This document shows positions 1 through 12,620 of a stretch of DNA of 64,000 nt, one piece after another. Origin of the DNA: Macrostomum lignano (Eukaryota); contig NIVC01001332.1 of the NCBI GenBank assembly GCA_002269645.1, positions 221,196-285,195 of the forward strand, written 5' to 3'. The notes beneath the pieces were generated by a model. It worked only from the letters and a program-made list of their open reading frames with translations, had not been told where the DNA came from and did not search any database. Position 1 is the stretch's first letter. Each line of letters begins with the position of its first letter. The translations under genes and the position numbers were made by a program.

Positions 1-144
1 CCAGACATGCACTTTTCTTGTCGAAAGAATTCACTGCTGGCTTGCGATGCTCGTGCAAATATAGACAAACTTGCTTCTGCGGCCGCTGAAGGACTAGTAG
101 AGACTTCTGTCGTTAATAGATCTTATACTCACTATATAAGTATA

Positions 145-510
145 GAGGGTTGTAGCCTAGTTGTTAGAGCATCGGACTCACGACTCGAAGGACGGGGGTT
201 CGATTCCCGATCCCACTCAGAACAATTTGTGTCCTTGAGCAAGACACTTAACTCTGCATTGCTTCAGTTCACCCAGCTGTAAAATGGGTGCCAGCATTAG
301 CTGGGGTAATTGAGGGTGTGTGTGGCGACCCACAGTCTGCGGCTGAGCTGTCGGTTGCACATCTGCCCATTAGGGCAGGTGTAATCAATTATTATATACA
401 TGTACTATTAATTATATTCACTATGCTTAATCTACCGAGCAACCGTCTTTGTCAACCCCGTGAAGCGCGACACTTGTTGTACAAATTTGTTGGCCCTCGA
501 TAATTAAAGA
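145..510 (+). mobile_element. tRNA-derived SINE with CORE/MIR-like central domain
   Basis: tRNA-like head with A-box-like TAGCCTAGTTGTT and B-box GGTTCGATTCC (197-207), then TGTGTCCTTGAGCAAGACACTTAAC...CTGTAAAATGGG, which resembles the MIR/CORE-type SINE core. The 3' end is approximate. Confidence 0.75.
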
Positions 511-778
511 GTGGTTCTTGTAGGCCGCAGAAACGCTTACTCCTTCCGTGCAAACAGGCCGACCCTTGTGTTCCATCATCAACAGTTTTTTTCTCTTTCA
601 AAGTATCTATATCTATACAAGCACCGGCTTCCTCTGTACTTTTGACGTCAATTACAAACTTTTACGAACTGATCGATTAATGCTTCTCGTGACAACAGAT
701 CACCATCGCCGCTCTCGATGGCTTCTCCATGAATGACCGCTGACAGAACGACTGACTGAGCTCGGGACTCCAGACTCG

Positions 779-1082
779 AGGCTCGATTCCAAGTGCAGTC
801 ACATTAATTTGGGGCTGAATTGGAATCTCGGCTTGGCTCTGCTCGTGCAATTAACAGTCTTAAGGGCCAAGCCCCAAGGCGCAGTGAAGTGTACATGCCT
901 AACGATAAAATAAAGTTAGGGCCGCTGTACACTCCTGTGTGAGTGTGTGCCTGCGTACGTATCCGCGCGCTTGTGTGCCTGCTCAGGGAAGTCGGCGGAA
1001 TGGGCAGCAATGCCTCTCGCCGGTTGTGTGCCTATGTCGCTTAAAGTGCGCCAGGGTGCACACAACCCCCCTGCCTCTAATA
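779..1082 (+). repeat. Dispersed ~300-bp repeat, copy 1 (inverted copy at 18973-19268)
   Basis: GGCTCGATTCCAAGTGCAGTCACATTAATT...GCGCCAGGGTGCACACA...CTCTAATA aligns by eye to the reverse complement of 18973-19268. Family unknown. Confidence 0.8.
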
Positions 1083-2774
1083 GTGAACGAGGCTTGGCAG
1101 ACGAGATGTAGTAAATGAGGCTGGTGTATAATTAGAGCCTGAGAGCGCAATGGGGGTTAGAAAATAATCGCAAAACCCCCAATGACCACGCGCAGTTGTG
1201 ACTAACTGGTTAGGGATTGATGGTCCGGCTCTTGGTTCGAGCTCTCGCGCCTTCCCCCACCACCCCCCATTTTGCATGCAGCTGATTGGTTGAACGCATT
1301 ATTGTCTCTCCTCTGCCTTTTTGCCTATCTGGCAGTCGGCTAGCTGTTTAGCTGCGCTGGGCGGCTCTGATTGGCTGGGCGCTAGGCTCTCTCTCTCTCT
1401 ATCTCTCTATCTCGCCTATTCTCTCTGCCAAGCCGATCACTTATTATTTGGTCAGCTGTTGCAAAGAATGTAGATTTCGGCTGCCGCGTGCACATGCGCG
1501 GACGCGCACGTAACTTAAGGGCGATCAGCCAGACTTTTTCGTGAAACTATAGAATCGCGCTTCGCGGGTGTTGTACAGCATGATGATACACATTCTTTCC
1601 TGCTCCCGATTTGTGTTTCGATTCGGTCTGATTGTACTCAACGCCAACCCCCTGCTGTGTCTAAGCTTCAGAGGTAAAAAAACCGCGCCTCGCGTCACGC
1701 TTCACGGTAAAGTGGACCTTGCAGACTCTGCGCCCTTCAAACAGGTGCCATCGGCATAATAAAACCCCTTTTCACACTGCTCACATGCAGGCGTCCGCTA
1801 TACTGCCTCCGGCGGACAGCCCACTGGGTGACCGCCATGCGTATTGATGCGCGGATGGTCAGACCCTATGCTTGTCCCACATATAGAGCACCTTAGTTAG
1901 CAGCGTCTTAGAGTTTCCATACGTGATTACATTACCAGAACTTTCCATGTACCCGCGCTTTCTATAAATAGTAATTCTTTCTAATTGTCAAAATTAAGTA
2001 CTTTTTCCTTTTTCTGCGAATTTCTTTAAAAATATATTTCCATGTTATATGCTCCGCTTCAAGAATTAATAGTAATTCCTGCATTTACTTCTAATACTCG
2101 TAGTTGCTATACCTTATACAATACTATATAATTTGTTATAGTCGTAGAAAATTCCAGCGCACCGTAAATTCGTAAATTAAATATACGCCAGGCACTCGGC
2201 TAAAAACCAAAGCTCCCTTCACTGACTAACCGAACATCTAAAAACCTCAAAGAGTCACCGCCTTCACGTCTCATTTATTTCGTAAACCCGCTACCGGAGC
2301 AATGAATGAGGTCGCATGAATTGATCCGCATGAGAACTGATTTTCACCGTGAAGAAGCTGCATGGCTGATCCTATAATTGTTTGGCCGAATGCGTATTGT
2401 TCATTGATGCGTGAATTGTTATAAATGGCGCAAGTGATAGTGCAGCCATCTGTTTGCCTTGCGGTCAAGTCGGTCTTGCTTCCTAAGATTAAAAAGCAGC
2501 TGTTCTTTAACGAAATTATGAATTTTAGCCAACTTTGTGTCTGCAACAGGGCTGTTCGAGTACAATGTACTCGGTACTCGTTTATTATCGAGTTATGACG
2601 AGTATTAATATATGCCCGAGTTTCTTTCCTAGAAAAGGGAGGAAATATCAACTTTCAAAAATTGATTCTTCACGTGAAGTTTAAGATTTAAAAAAGATAC
2701 ACAGCTCAGTAGCTTTGCATTTTTATTTTGCTCACTGTTTTTGTATTTGTGTGATATAATTAAATTATGTATAG

Positions 2775-3465
2775 GGCTGGGCGAGTGACTTGGTACTCGG
2801 TCACCCCTGGGTTAGACTGCTCAGTAGTCTGTCACTTCTGGGTTAGAATGCTCGGTACACGGTCACCCCTGGGTTAGACTGCTCGGTAGTCTGTCATATC
2901 TGGGTTAGAGTGCTCGGCACCCGGTCACTCCTGGGTTAGAGTGCTCGGCACCCGGTCACTCCTGGGTTAGAGTGCTCGGCACCCGGTCACTCCTGGGTTA
3001 GACTGCTCGGCACCCGGTCACTCCTGGGTTAGAGTGCTCGGTACCCGGTCACTCCTGGGTTAGACTGCTCGGCACCCGGTCACTCCTGGGTTAGAGTGCT
3101 CGGTACTCCGTCACTCCTGGGTTAGAGTGCTCGGCACTCGGTCACTCCTGGGTTAGAGTGCTCGGCACTCGGTCACTCCTGGGTTAGAGTGCTCGGCACT
3201 CGGTCACTCCTGGGTTAGAGTGCTCGGCACTCGGTCACTCCTGGGTTAGAGTGCTCGGCACTCGGTCACTCCTGGGTTAGAGTGCTCGGCACTCGGTCAC
3301 TCCTGGGTTAGAGTGCTCGGCACTCGGTCACTCCTGGGTTAGAGTGCTCGGCACTCGGTCACTCCTGGGTTAGAGTGCTCAGTACTCGGTCACTCCTGGG
3401 TAGAGTGCTCGGCACTCGGTCACTCCTGGGTTAGAGTGCTCGGTACCCGGTCACTCCTGGGTAAA
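2775..3465. repeat. 31-bp minisatellite (GGTTAGAGTGCTCGGCACTCGGTCACTCCTG), ~22 units
   Basis: Direct tandem units visible. Confidence 0.95.
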
Positions 3466-4369
3466 CTGAACAAACTCAGGCTGACTGCGACAGCGACTAC
3501 AAGCCTGTCAAGAATGAATGAATGCAGACACAGCTAACCATGCACTTTAGTTCTGCAGTCACGACTGTTTTTGGCGAAGAGATACATGTAGAGGAAAAAC
3601 TTTATAATAAAAAATTATAAGGTTGTTAATAGTTATCTTCATTATTATTTCACTTTGCAACATGTAATCTACCATTGATCTACATGTAGTACACTGGGAA
3701 TCGTATTGGTTTCCCTATGTAAAAACTACCTTGATACAACGACAACACAGAAAGGGGATCAGTAGATAAAAATTAGCGATTTATTTCTCCCCCTCCAAGT
3801 CAATGCACTTTATCCTGCAATGCTCAAGTGACCTGATGCCGTCTGAGTACGTCGTAAACCGAGGCGACAAATCTAAATTTGCCACTTTCCAGCTTCTTCT
3901 GAACAGCGCCGCTCTCTGCTGAGAGGTTTTTTGATACATTCATCATGCAGTTGAAGAAGGACTCAGAACAGATCTTCTGAGCTGACCATCAGCTGAGCAA
4001 ACAGAGCTACACAGAATGTGATCTTCAGAACAGATTGTGTGACTATAGAAACACATCTGCAGTTTGTAGCAGTCTGCTTGTTTAAACCTCTTAAAACCTT
4101 CAAACAACTGTGAAGAAAAGCTTTTGTTGAGAAGGAAAATTTTAAGACATGAGGCAATAATAACAAACATGTAGACTTATAAAACATTAAAACATGTAGA
4201 CTTATAAAACAACCCATGACGTATTACAGTGCATGCATCCTCATTTTAACAGCAAAATTCTCCTTTGATATCTCAGGCTGTTACATGGCACAGAAGTTAA
4301 GCAATATCACTAATAACTTGTGAATGAATCACGAGCAAAAGAAGAGTGTCGATACAATCGTTGTGGCCT

Positions 4370-4540
4370 CAGGACCAAGGGGCTTTAACACTAGGGGGCT
4401 TTAGCACCAAGGGGCTTTAACACTAGGAGGCTTTAACACTAAGGGGATTTAACGCTAGGGGGCTTTAGCACCAAGGGGCTTTAACACTAGGGGGCTTTAG
4501 CATCAAAGGGCTTTAGCACCAAGGGGCTTTAGCACCAGGG
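4370..4540. repeat. ~20-bp tandem repeat (GGGGCTTTARCACYA)
   Basis: Direct tandem units visible. Confidence 0.85.
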
Positions 4541-5119
4541 TACATATGAACACAGTTTATCACTCACTTATCTTCGATCTCCTGGATAACATCCCACGAG
4601 TTCTCTAACTGGTTCTGTTGACAATATTCTGCAGTGCGGTACAACTAAAGAGCTCGACTGTACGTTGATGTCGTGTCCCCGATGCCCATTATTTCGCGTT
4701 GCCGAGTGCAACTAGGGAACGAGAGCAGATTATGAAGGCAGAAGAAAGTTGTTAAGCATGCAGTCCCCTTGCTAAAAAAGCCTAATTTTTCAAAGCTACA
4801 CCGCCTGAATTTGCGCCTCAGTCCTGCTCATCCCCTGGGGCAGGATGCATGAGCTTTTCCGCTTTTAATGCGGCGAGGAGCAAGGATCAGCATGATCAGC
4901 TAGGAGTAGGTTTCAAATTCACACTGCTCACAAGCTGTAGCTGGAGTTGTAAAAGCAGAAACTTCGCATAGTTTCGGAGATCATATTTCTACAGTTCGCG
5001 CCTCGATCGGGGTCTCAACTTGTTTAATTCTCGAATAATCTGATTTAGTTCTCCTAGATACTCGTATGTTCGACGTAAATTGAGCAGCTTTATTCAGTGC
5101 TGCCTACTGCCTTTTGGCA

Positions 5120-5490
5120 TATCCTGTCCAGTCTTCCTGTCCTGTCCTGTCCTCCCCTATTTTGTCTTATCCGTCCTGTCCTGTCCAATCATGTCCTATC
5201 CTGTCCTATCCTGCCCTGTCCTGTCCTATCCTGCCCTGTCCTGTCCTGTCCTATCCTGCCCTGTCCTGTCCTGTCCTGTCCTGTCTTGTCCTGTCCTATC
5301 CTGTCCTGTCCTGTCCTATCCTGTCCTATCCTGCCCTATCCTGTCCTTTCTTGTCCTGTCCTATCCTGTCCTGTCCTATCCTGCCCTATCCTGTCCTGTC
5401 CAGTCCTGTCCTATCCTGCCCTATCCTGTCCTGTCCTGTCCTGTCCTGTCCTATCCTGTCCTGTCCTAACCTGTCCTGTCCTGTCCTCCT
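5120..5490. repeat. (CCTGT/CCTAT)n pentanucleotide microsatellite
   Basis: Visible; explains the three overlapping low-complexity ORFs at 5080-5540. Confidence 0.95.
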
Positions 5491-6208
5491 CTCCCAGCAG
5501 AACTCGTAATAATTGGTGGTACAATCTAGTCACTCATTAATTGCAGATGGAATTAATAATTTATTTATATACATAGTCCTCAAATTGCTAATTTGTTCGT
5601 GCAAGTCGCTCCTCGTTGTCATTATTAATAATGTATAATTGACAAACAATTGATAATTTCAAGCTAACTAAAATTGCAACGTTTTAGTAAAGTCTCGTGC
5701 TGAATACATCTACGGGTTAGTATAGGGGTGTGTCCGCGAGTTCGTAGTTTTCGTGTTTGATTGCTTCTATAGTGTTCCTTAAAACTCTCCTCTTCATCAC
5801 TCTCATCTTCACTCTCCATCTCTCCCTACACTCTCCTAACACTCTCCCTCACCCTCTCTACACTCTCTTAACACTCTCCCTCACTCACTCTCACACTCTC
5901 TACACTCTGCATACTCTCTCCCTACACTCTCCCTACACTCTGCATACTCTCTCCCTACACTCTCCCTACACTCTGCATACTCTCTGCATACTCTCTCCCT
6001 ACACTCTGCATACATTCCCAATGCACTATTTCTACACTTTCTACACAACACAACCGCACACTCACTTTACTTTGATGTTATATACTGATTAAAAAATCAC
6101 GCATGAAAAGAACTAAGTTCAACACGCACTGAAACACATTCAAACTTTGTACACTGCAGGTCTACAAATACTTTTCATGCAGTTTTGTCAGTGTATAGAT
6201 ATCTGATA

Positions 6209-9200
6209 TCATTGCTGGTTGCAGCACCTGGCTCGCAGGACCGTGAACAGCCGCTTGAATGCTGCCCGAAACTGTCTATTGCAATAGGCGTAGATGAGGC
6301 TGTTAGTTGAGAAATGCATGATGTAGAGTGTCTGGGCGCACCTGCGAACCAGATTGAATTGCATCATCGATTTCTCGGGAGCGTAGCGGCCAAGTACGAA
6401 ATGACCAAATAGTAAAGCGATGTAGTTGGGGAAGCTGCACACCAGGTAGCCCAGCGAGAAACCGATCAGCATCCTCGTTACCTTGAGTTTGAATTGTGCA
6501 AATTCGGTCACACAGTAGCTTATATTGTCTGTCACACAGTAGCTTATATTGTCTGTCACACAGTAGCTTATACTGTCTGTCACACAGCAGCTTATATTGT
6601 CTGTCACACAGCAGCTTATACTGTCTGTCACACAGCAGCTTATACTGTCTGTTACACAGTAGCTTATATTGTCTGTCACACAGTAGCTTATACTGTCTGT
6701 TACACAGTACTCGTAGTTTATATTGTCTGTCACACAGTAGCTTATACTGTCTGTTATACAGTAGCTTATATTGTCTGTTACACAGTAGCTTATACTCTCT
6801 GTCACACAGTACCTTATATTGTCTGTCACACAGTACCTTATATTGTCTGTCACACAGTAGCTTATACTGTCTGTCACACAGTACCTTATATTGTCTGTCA
6901 CACAGCAGCTTATACTGTCTGTCACACAGCAGCTTATATTGTCTGTCACACAGTAGCTTATATTGTCTGTCACGCAGTAGCTTATATTGTCTGTCACACA
7001 GTTGCTTATATTATCTGTCACACAGTAGCTTATACTGTCTGTTACACAGTACCTTATATTGTCTGTCACACAGTAGCTTATATTGTCTTTTACACAGTAG
7101 CTTATATTGTCTTTTACACAGTAGCTTATATTGTCTGTCACACAGTAGCTTATATTGTCTGTCACACAGTTGCTTATATTGTCTGTCACACAGCAGGTAA
7201 CATCAAATATTACTACGAGTATAGCTGTTGAGGTACGCACTGGCTATGATGGCTATCAATCAAAAGGTCATTAAAGTGCAAGTCACGCAAATCAGCTGAG
7301 TGATGCATACACATGTATCAATACCTGATACTGCTGTCGCTGTGCCGGCGGTGTGCTGCCGACGAGAGACGAGAGACGCCTAGCAGGGCCGACTTCTTGC
7401 AGCTCAACCCCTTCATTTACTGCCCCAACTCCCGGAGGCGAATTGCTCCCGTTCCAGTTTTCCTCGGCCGCACGTCGAGCAACGCAAGTTTTTCTTTGAC
7501 GAGTCAGAAATCTACTGATAGTGCAGGCGACGTATGAGTTGATTACAATAAGCAGCAAGCCGGGCACGAATGAGCATGCCAGGCTGTCAAGCAGAAACAG
7601 CAGCTTTCCGGCTCTCTCGCCCATGCACACAACAGTAGTGTTAGTTCCAGGGTGCGGCCCGTAGCTCACGCTCCATTTCACCTGGAATATCGGGCCACAT
7701 TAGCAAAGACTTGGGATGATACTCGATGACGTCATCAAATGATTTATCAATTTTATTGCCTCCAATTCTGCGAGTTCATCCGAGTGTTATTCGATTATCC
7801 TACATACACGTACGTCATTAAAGAAAGCTTTGACTCTTTGACGTCATTAAACGATGTTTTGATTCTATGACGTCATTAAACGATGTTTTGATTCTATGAC
7901 GCATTTGACGATGTTTTGATTCTATGACGTCATTAAAGAAAGCTTTTGTTCTATGACGTCATTAAAGAAAGCTTTTGTTCTATGACGTCATTAAAGAAAG
8001 CTTTTGTTCTATGACGTCATTAAAGAAAGCTTTGGTTCTATGACGTCATTAAACGATGTTTTGATTCTATGACTTCATTAAACGATGTTTTGATTCTATG
8101 ACGTCAATAAACGATGTTTTGATTCTGATGGGTTTCGACCTTCGGGCTCCTTGTTAGGGAAGCCTTCGGGCCTCAGGCTCAGAAATAAATCAATTAGAGA
8201 CCTGGCCCCCCACTCCTGTCAGATGGTCAGCCCCATGGTAGCTTGATCGTGTGGCGAGCAGTCTAGGTCCTATAGCTAAGAGAGGGACAGCGAGAGACGA
8301 GCAGGGAGAATTTTGAAAGTAGAAATTAGCTAATCCGCAGATCAACTAACTTGCTGCCACCAGCCCGTGCGCCCTGGCTCACCACACCGGGACTCTCGAA
8401 ATCGGGCTTCCGACTAGAAGGGGCTTTGCACTTACCTGCCAACTAGTGTCTTTTTGCTGTCAATCTCGAAGTCATAGCCGATGATAAGGGACACTGCTGG
8501 GACTAGATCGCGTTGGCCATGCAGGTACAGAGGGGACTTGTGCAGGGGATTCTTGCGGTGGCGAGTCTATGGGGTAGCTACATGTACTATTACATTGCTA
8601 AATACGAATATATGTACTTTTAGCCTTCAACGCGCCAACTAGCCTCTCATAGCGCTGATGATAGGCTAACTCGAACTTCAGAGACCGCATGATTCATTTA
8701 CCCGAGCCGCTTGGCTACCCTAGAGTGCACAAAGTACATCTCTGGCGCCGATTCTGCACTTCTGGCAGTTTTGCTCACTGATTTGTTAGATTGGTCGACT
8801 GAGAACTGCCTTGCCATTGGTCCACTGTGACCGGCGCCTACTAGCTTAGCTACTCATCTGAGCCATCGGCGAACAAAGAAATAAAGCCGACAAAGATAAC
8901 TGTTAGATTTAACCTTCTCCTTAATTCACTTCACACTTTAGATTGAATTGGAGTCTTAGACTACTGGCAGTATTATTGAATGATTCCTGCCTCAGCAACA
9001 GCACTACTGAACAAAATGAGCAAAAGTGTGCGCCTAATTCAGCTACTGCAACAGGGGACAGATAAGGGATCACCCAATCAAGCAAGTCTAGGTAGCCTCT
9101 CACCCAACCAATCAGAAACTCAAACGCCGGAGACCAGTTAATCCACAGTGACCGAATCGGCTCGATGCTCTGCAGCCGTAGACTCGAGATGATGCTGTCA

Positions 9201-11446
9201 CAATCTTCGCTGTTAGCTAGCAGGTGATGCTCTTAACTTGATGTTCGCTGCTGATGACCGGGGGACTCGTCCTTGATGATGATGGGGGAAGCTGCAATCC
9301 GGGGATCAAGAAACGACGGTCGTGCTCCGGGAACCAGAAGTTGCGCGCTGGGCCCGAGCCAAGGTAAGAAGAAGTAGCGTCCGAGCGGGCCAAAAACTCC
9401 GGTTTAAATAGCCGCCAACTGGACCGCAGTTTGTTATAACGGAACACGTCGATTCTGATTGGCTGAGCCGTTTTGTTAAAATGAGCGCCGAATTTTCTGA
9501 TTGGCTAAGCTCGTTGCTACCCAGAATCACGTGACCGAGAGATCCTATCAGTTCCCACAGGGTCGTAAAAAGATGACAGGTGCGGCCATAAATCACTCAA
9601 AATCGCAACAAAATGATTTATGACCTTTCGCGTAGGATTGACAGAAATTAATGAAAAAATATACATTAGAAAGCTCTTATTAAATAGAAAGTGAAGATAA
9701 TGAAGAGAAATCGCTAATCGCTAATCCCAAGGTACTTTTAGGGGTAAAACGCATAGCTGTCAAAGCTGTCACACGCTTGAGTGAATCCGAACAATAGGCT
9801 CTGACCTCATAAATCTTGATGGCCTGTCAAAATGATGAGAAAAAAGCTACCGCCCGCATCCTCTCAGACCATCTGGCGCCCGCTTCAACACTGAGTGAGG
9901 CGCAGGTGGCTGTCAGATCAGCTTCGAAAGCGATGATTTATGACCCAAAAAGCTGCGCCTATGTTATTATGACTACTAGTATGGCCAGACATTATATCTA
10001 GTATAGATTCTATGAAAATTCGCAGAAAAAGGATAAAAATGCCCACTGCCCACTGTTAGTAGGCAAGTAAGTTTAGAGCCCGTGTGCTAGCGCGGGATTT
10101 GGGAAAAAGTGCGTCCTCATCAATTCTATGACGTCATTAAAGAAAGCTTTGATTCTATGACTTTATTAAACGATGTTTTGATTCTATGACGTCATTAAAC
10201 GATGTTCTGATTCTATGACGTCATTAAACGATGACTTGGTTCCATGACGTCATCAAACAATGCCTTGGTTCTATGACGTCATTTGTGGCGTTTGTGCCAT
10301 GGACAATGAACTTTTCCTGTTTTCCGTATGCAACACCCCGGCCCCTTGTCTGAATCACTGCGTCTCTGTCTGGTTCCTCATCTCCGTCTCTCTCTGTCTG
10401 TCTGTCTGTGTGTGACTCACCTCATTGTCTGTATCCCTGCACTGTCTATGTGCGTCCCACTGCCTTCCCTCTACGAAGCTCGGGGCGTACCCACCCCAAA
10501 TATACTGAATATGAGCCTCCCACTCTGCTTGGGAAGGGAGGCATCCCTTTCCGGTATCTCTCTGCAATTTTCAGTTCAACAGAGCAAACTATTTTGCGGT
10601 ACAAGCCAGCCTTTGCCTTTCAAGGTTATTACATTATTAAACGATGTTTAAATTTTATGACGTCTTTCCAGCGACGCTTTGATTCTATGATGTCCTCAAA
10701 CAGTGCAAACTCAGCTTGAAATTAATTTATGACGCCATCAAATGATGAGTATATGAGGTCATCGTATGATAGTTTATTACTCTAATTTTTGTTGATTTAA
10801 GTGACCAAGTATTACTGTAATACTGAACTTGGCAATAGCTACTTTCAGTAGTTGAGCTCACCTGAAGATTCCAAGTCAATCCAACAGCCGCCACCGCATA
10901 GGTGAAAATTTTAGCCTTCACAGCTCGCGACCACCCGGTGCCGTAGCCGCCACCACTGGCCCCGTCGGGACTGACGCTGAATTCTCCGACCTTCATGCCG
11001 CTGGAGCTCCCGCCCGCTTCACCACCGCTATTGTTGCTCAACGCAGCGTCCACCTCCTGGCCAACTTCGACACCGCCGTGATTCCACAGGATCATAAATC
11101 GATCGAAGGTGATGGCCACCAGCAGCCAAGCGCTTAGAAACGTAGCCAAACTGTACACATAGTACAGACCGTAGCAGGCTGCCGCAGACAGGTGCTGCAG
11201 GTTCAACCAGTCCACAAGGCAGAACACCACCAGCAGGGTGAAATCATTCAGAGACAGCCATCGGAGCAACGCAGACAGGTAGTGCCGTCGCACCGGTTCG
11301 GCGCAGAACACGCAGAAATTGATTAGATTGGCTAGAGAGCCGGTGCACAGTAGGGCTGTGTCTACACTATAGAGCAATGCCATAGCGATGCTGTAGGCCT
11401 CAACAGCCAGGCTTGTAACGATTGAATCGTGGGAGAAGTTCCGCAT
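6209..11446 (-). CDS. Rhodopsin-like (class A) peptide-type GPCR, 3 exons, ~404 aa
   Basis: Exons 11446-10862, 7681-7325, 6481-6209, all joined in phase 0 at GT/AG. N-terminal NFS sequon, TM1 GSLAN, TM2 LSLND, TM3 AITFDRF (DRY-like), ECL2 Cys, TM5 FVPGLLL, TM6 VTRML...CSFP, TM7 NSLIY. The start codon and the AAG acceptor of exon 3 are inferred. Confidence 0.85.
6505..7195. repeat. 24-bp minisatellite (CACACAGTAGCTTATATTGTCTGT) in GPCR intron 2
   Basis: Direct tandem units visible. Confidence 0.95.
7820..10285. repeat. 29-bp minisatellite (TATGACGTCATTAAACGATGTTTTGATTC) split by an LTR insertion
   Basis: Units at 7820-8125 resume in register at 10123-10285. Confidence 0.9.
8126..10122. mobile_element. 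Solo LTR (~2.0 kb), Ty3/gypsy-like by TSD length
   Basis: TGATG...CATCA inverted termini and a 4-bp TSD ATTC (8122-8125 and 10123-10126) interrupting one minisatellite unit. Two CCAAT boxes (~9457, ~9499) and TATTTAAA (9403-9410) on the minus strand. No gag/pol ORF. Confidence 0.8.
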
Positions 11447-11789
11447 GACTGACCGCTTCTGTGTGATTCAGGAATGATGCTACAGGCCTGCGTGAATCTG
11501 CTGCCAAGACGCATTCTGTATGTATGGCAGCTGCAGGCGCCTGCTATTGGTCCACGAGCTAAGGACCAATAAGAGAGTGCGAGTTGCGACACTCACGGCA
11601 CAGTTTTTTTAAATTATAATGCATCGGTTTGCGCGAGCCCGCGAGGGCTAACCGCTGTTAGTGCAAGGGGGGGCTGTTTGGGTGCTGGCTGTCTGGTGGG
11701 GTGGTGGGTGCGTTGGTGCGTGCGCGTGCCTATTTAGGCCGCCACCTTTGTGGCTGCGCGGGGTTGCTCGCGGTAGAGACGGAGAGACG

Positions 11790-12620
11790 GTCTGTCCGTC
11801 TCTATGTGCTTTGTGTCTGTCCGTCTCTATGTGCTTTGTGTCTGTCTGTCTCTATGTGTCTTAGTGTCTGTCTGTCTCTATGTGCTTTGTGTCTGTCTGT
11901 CTCTATGTCTTAGTGTCTGTCTGTCTGTCTCTATGTGTCTTAGTGTCTGTCTGTCTTAGTGTCTGTCTGTCTCTATGCGTCTTAGTGTCTGTCTGTCTCT
12001 ATGTGTCTTAGTGTCTGTCTGTCTCTATGTGCTTTGTGTCTGTCTGTCTCTATGTGTCTTAGTGTCTGTCCGTCTCTATGTGCTTTGTGTCTGTCTGTCT
12101 CTATGTGTCTTAGTGTCTGTCTGTCTCTATGTGTCTTAGTGTCTGTCTGTCTCTATGTGCTTTGTGTCTGTCTGTCTCTATGTGTCTTATTGTCTGTCTG
12201 TCTCTATGTGCTTTGTGTCTGTCCGTCTCTATGTGCTTTGTGTCTGTCTGTCTCTATGTGTCTTAGTGTCTGTCTGTCTCTATGTGTCTTAGTGTCTGTC
12301 TGTCTCTATGTGCTTTGTGTCTGTCTGTCTCTATGTGTCTTAGTGTCTGTCCGTCTCTATGTGCTTTGTGTCTGTCCGTCTCTATGTGCTTTGTGTCTGT
12401 CTGTCTCTATGTGTCTTATTGTCTGTCTGTCTCTATGTGCTTTGTGTCTGTCCGTCTCTATGTGCTTTGTGTCTGTCTGTCTCTATGTGCTTTGTGTCTG
12501 TCTGTCTCTATGTGTCTTAGTGTCTGTCCGTCTCTATGTGCTTTGTGTCTGTCCGTCTCTATGTGCTTTGTGTCTGTCTGTCTCTATGTGTCTTATTGTC
12601 TGTCTGTCTCTATGTGTCTT
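11790..12620. repeat. TGTC-rich compound microsatellite/minisatellite upstream of the GPCR
   Basis: Visible TGTGTCTGTCTGTCTCTA-type units. Confidence 0.9.

Noticed and set aside
145-215. tRNA gene
   Set aside because: A/B boxes are followed directly by a SINE core, and no full cloverleaf acceptor stem is evident.
2271-2651. Small GTPase from ILGSKTDL
   Set aside because: Only a loose G4-like match, with no P-loop or G3 exon found.
2775-3465. Derivation of the 31-bp unit from the hAT TIR (CGGTCACCCCTG versus CGGTCACCCTG)
   Set aside because: The match is too short to distinguish from coincidence.
6482-7240. Cys-rich VTDNISYC repeat as part of GPCR loop 3
   Set aside because: In frame with exon 3, but intron retention hits a stop at 7292 and the nearest good acceptor (7225) is out of phase.
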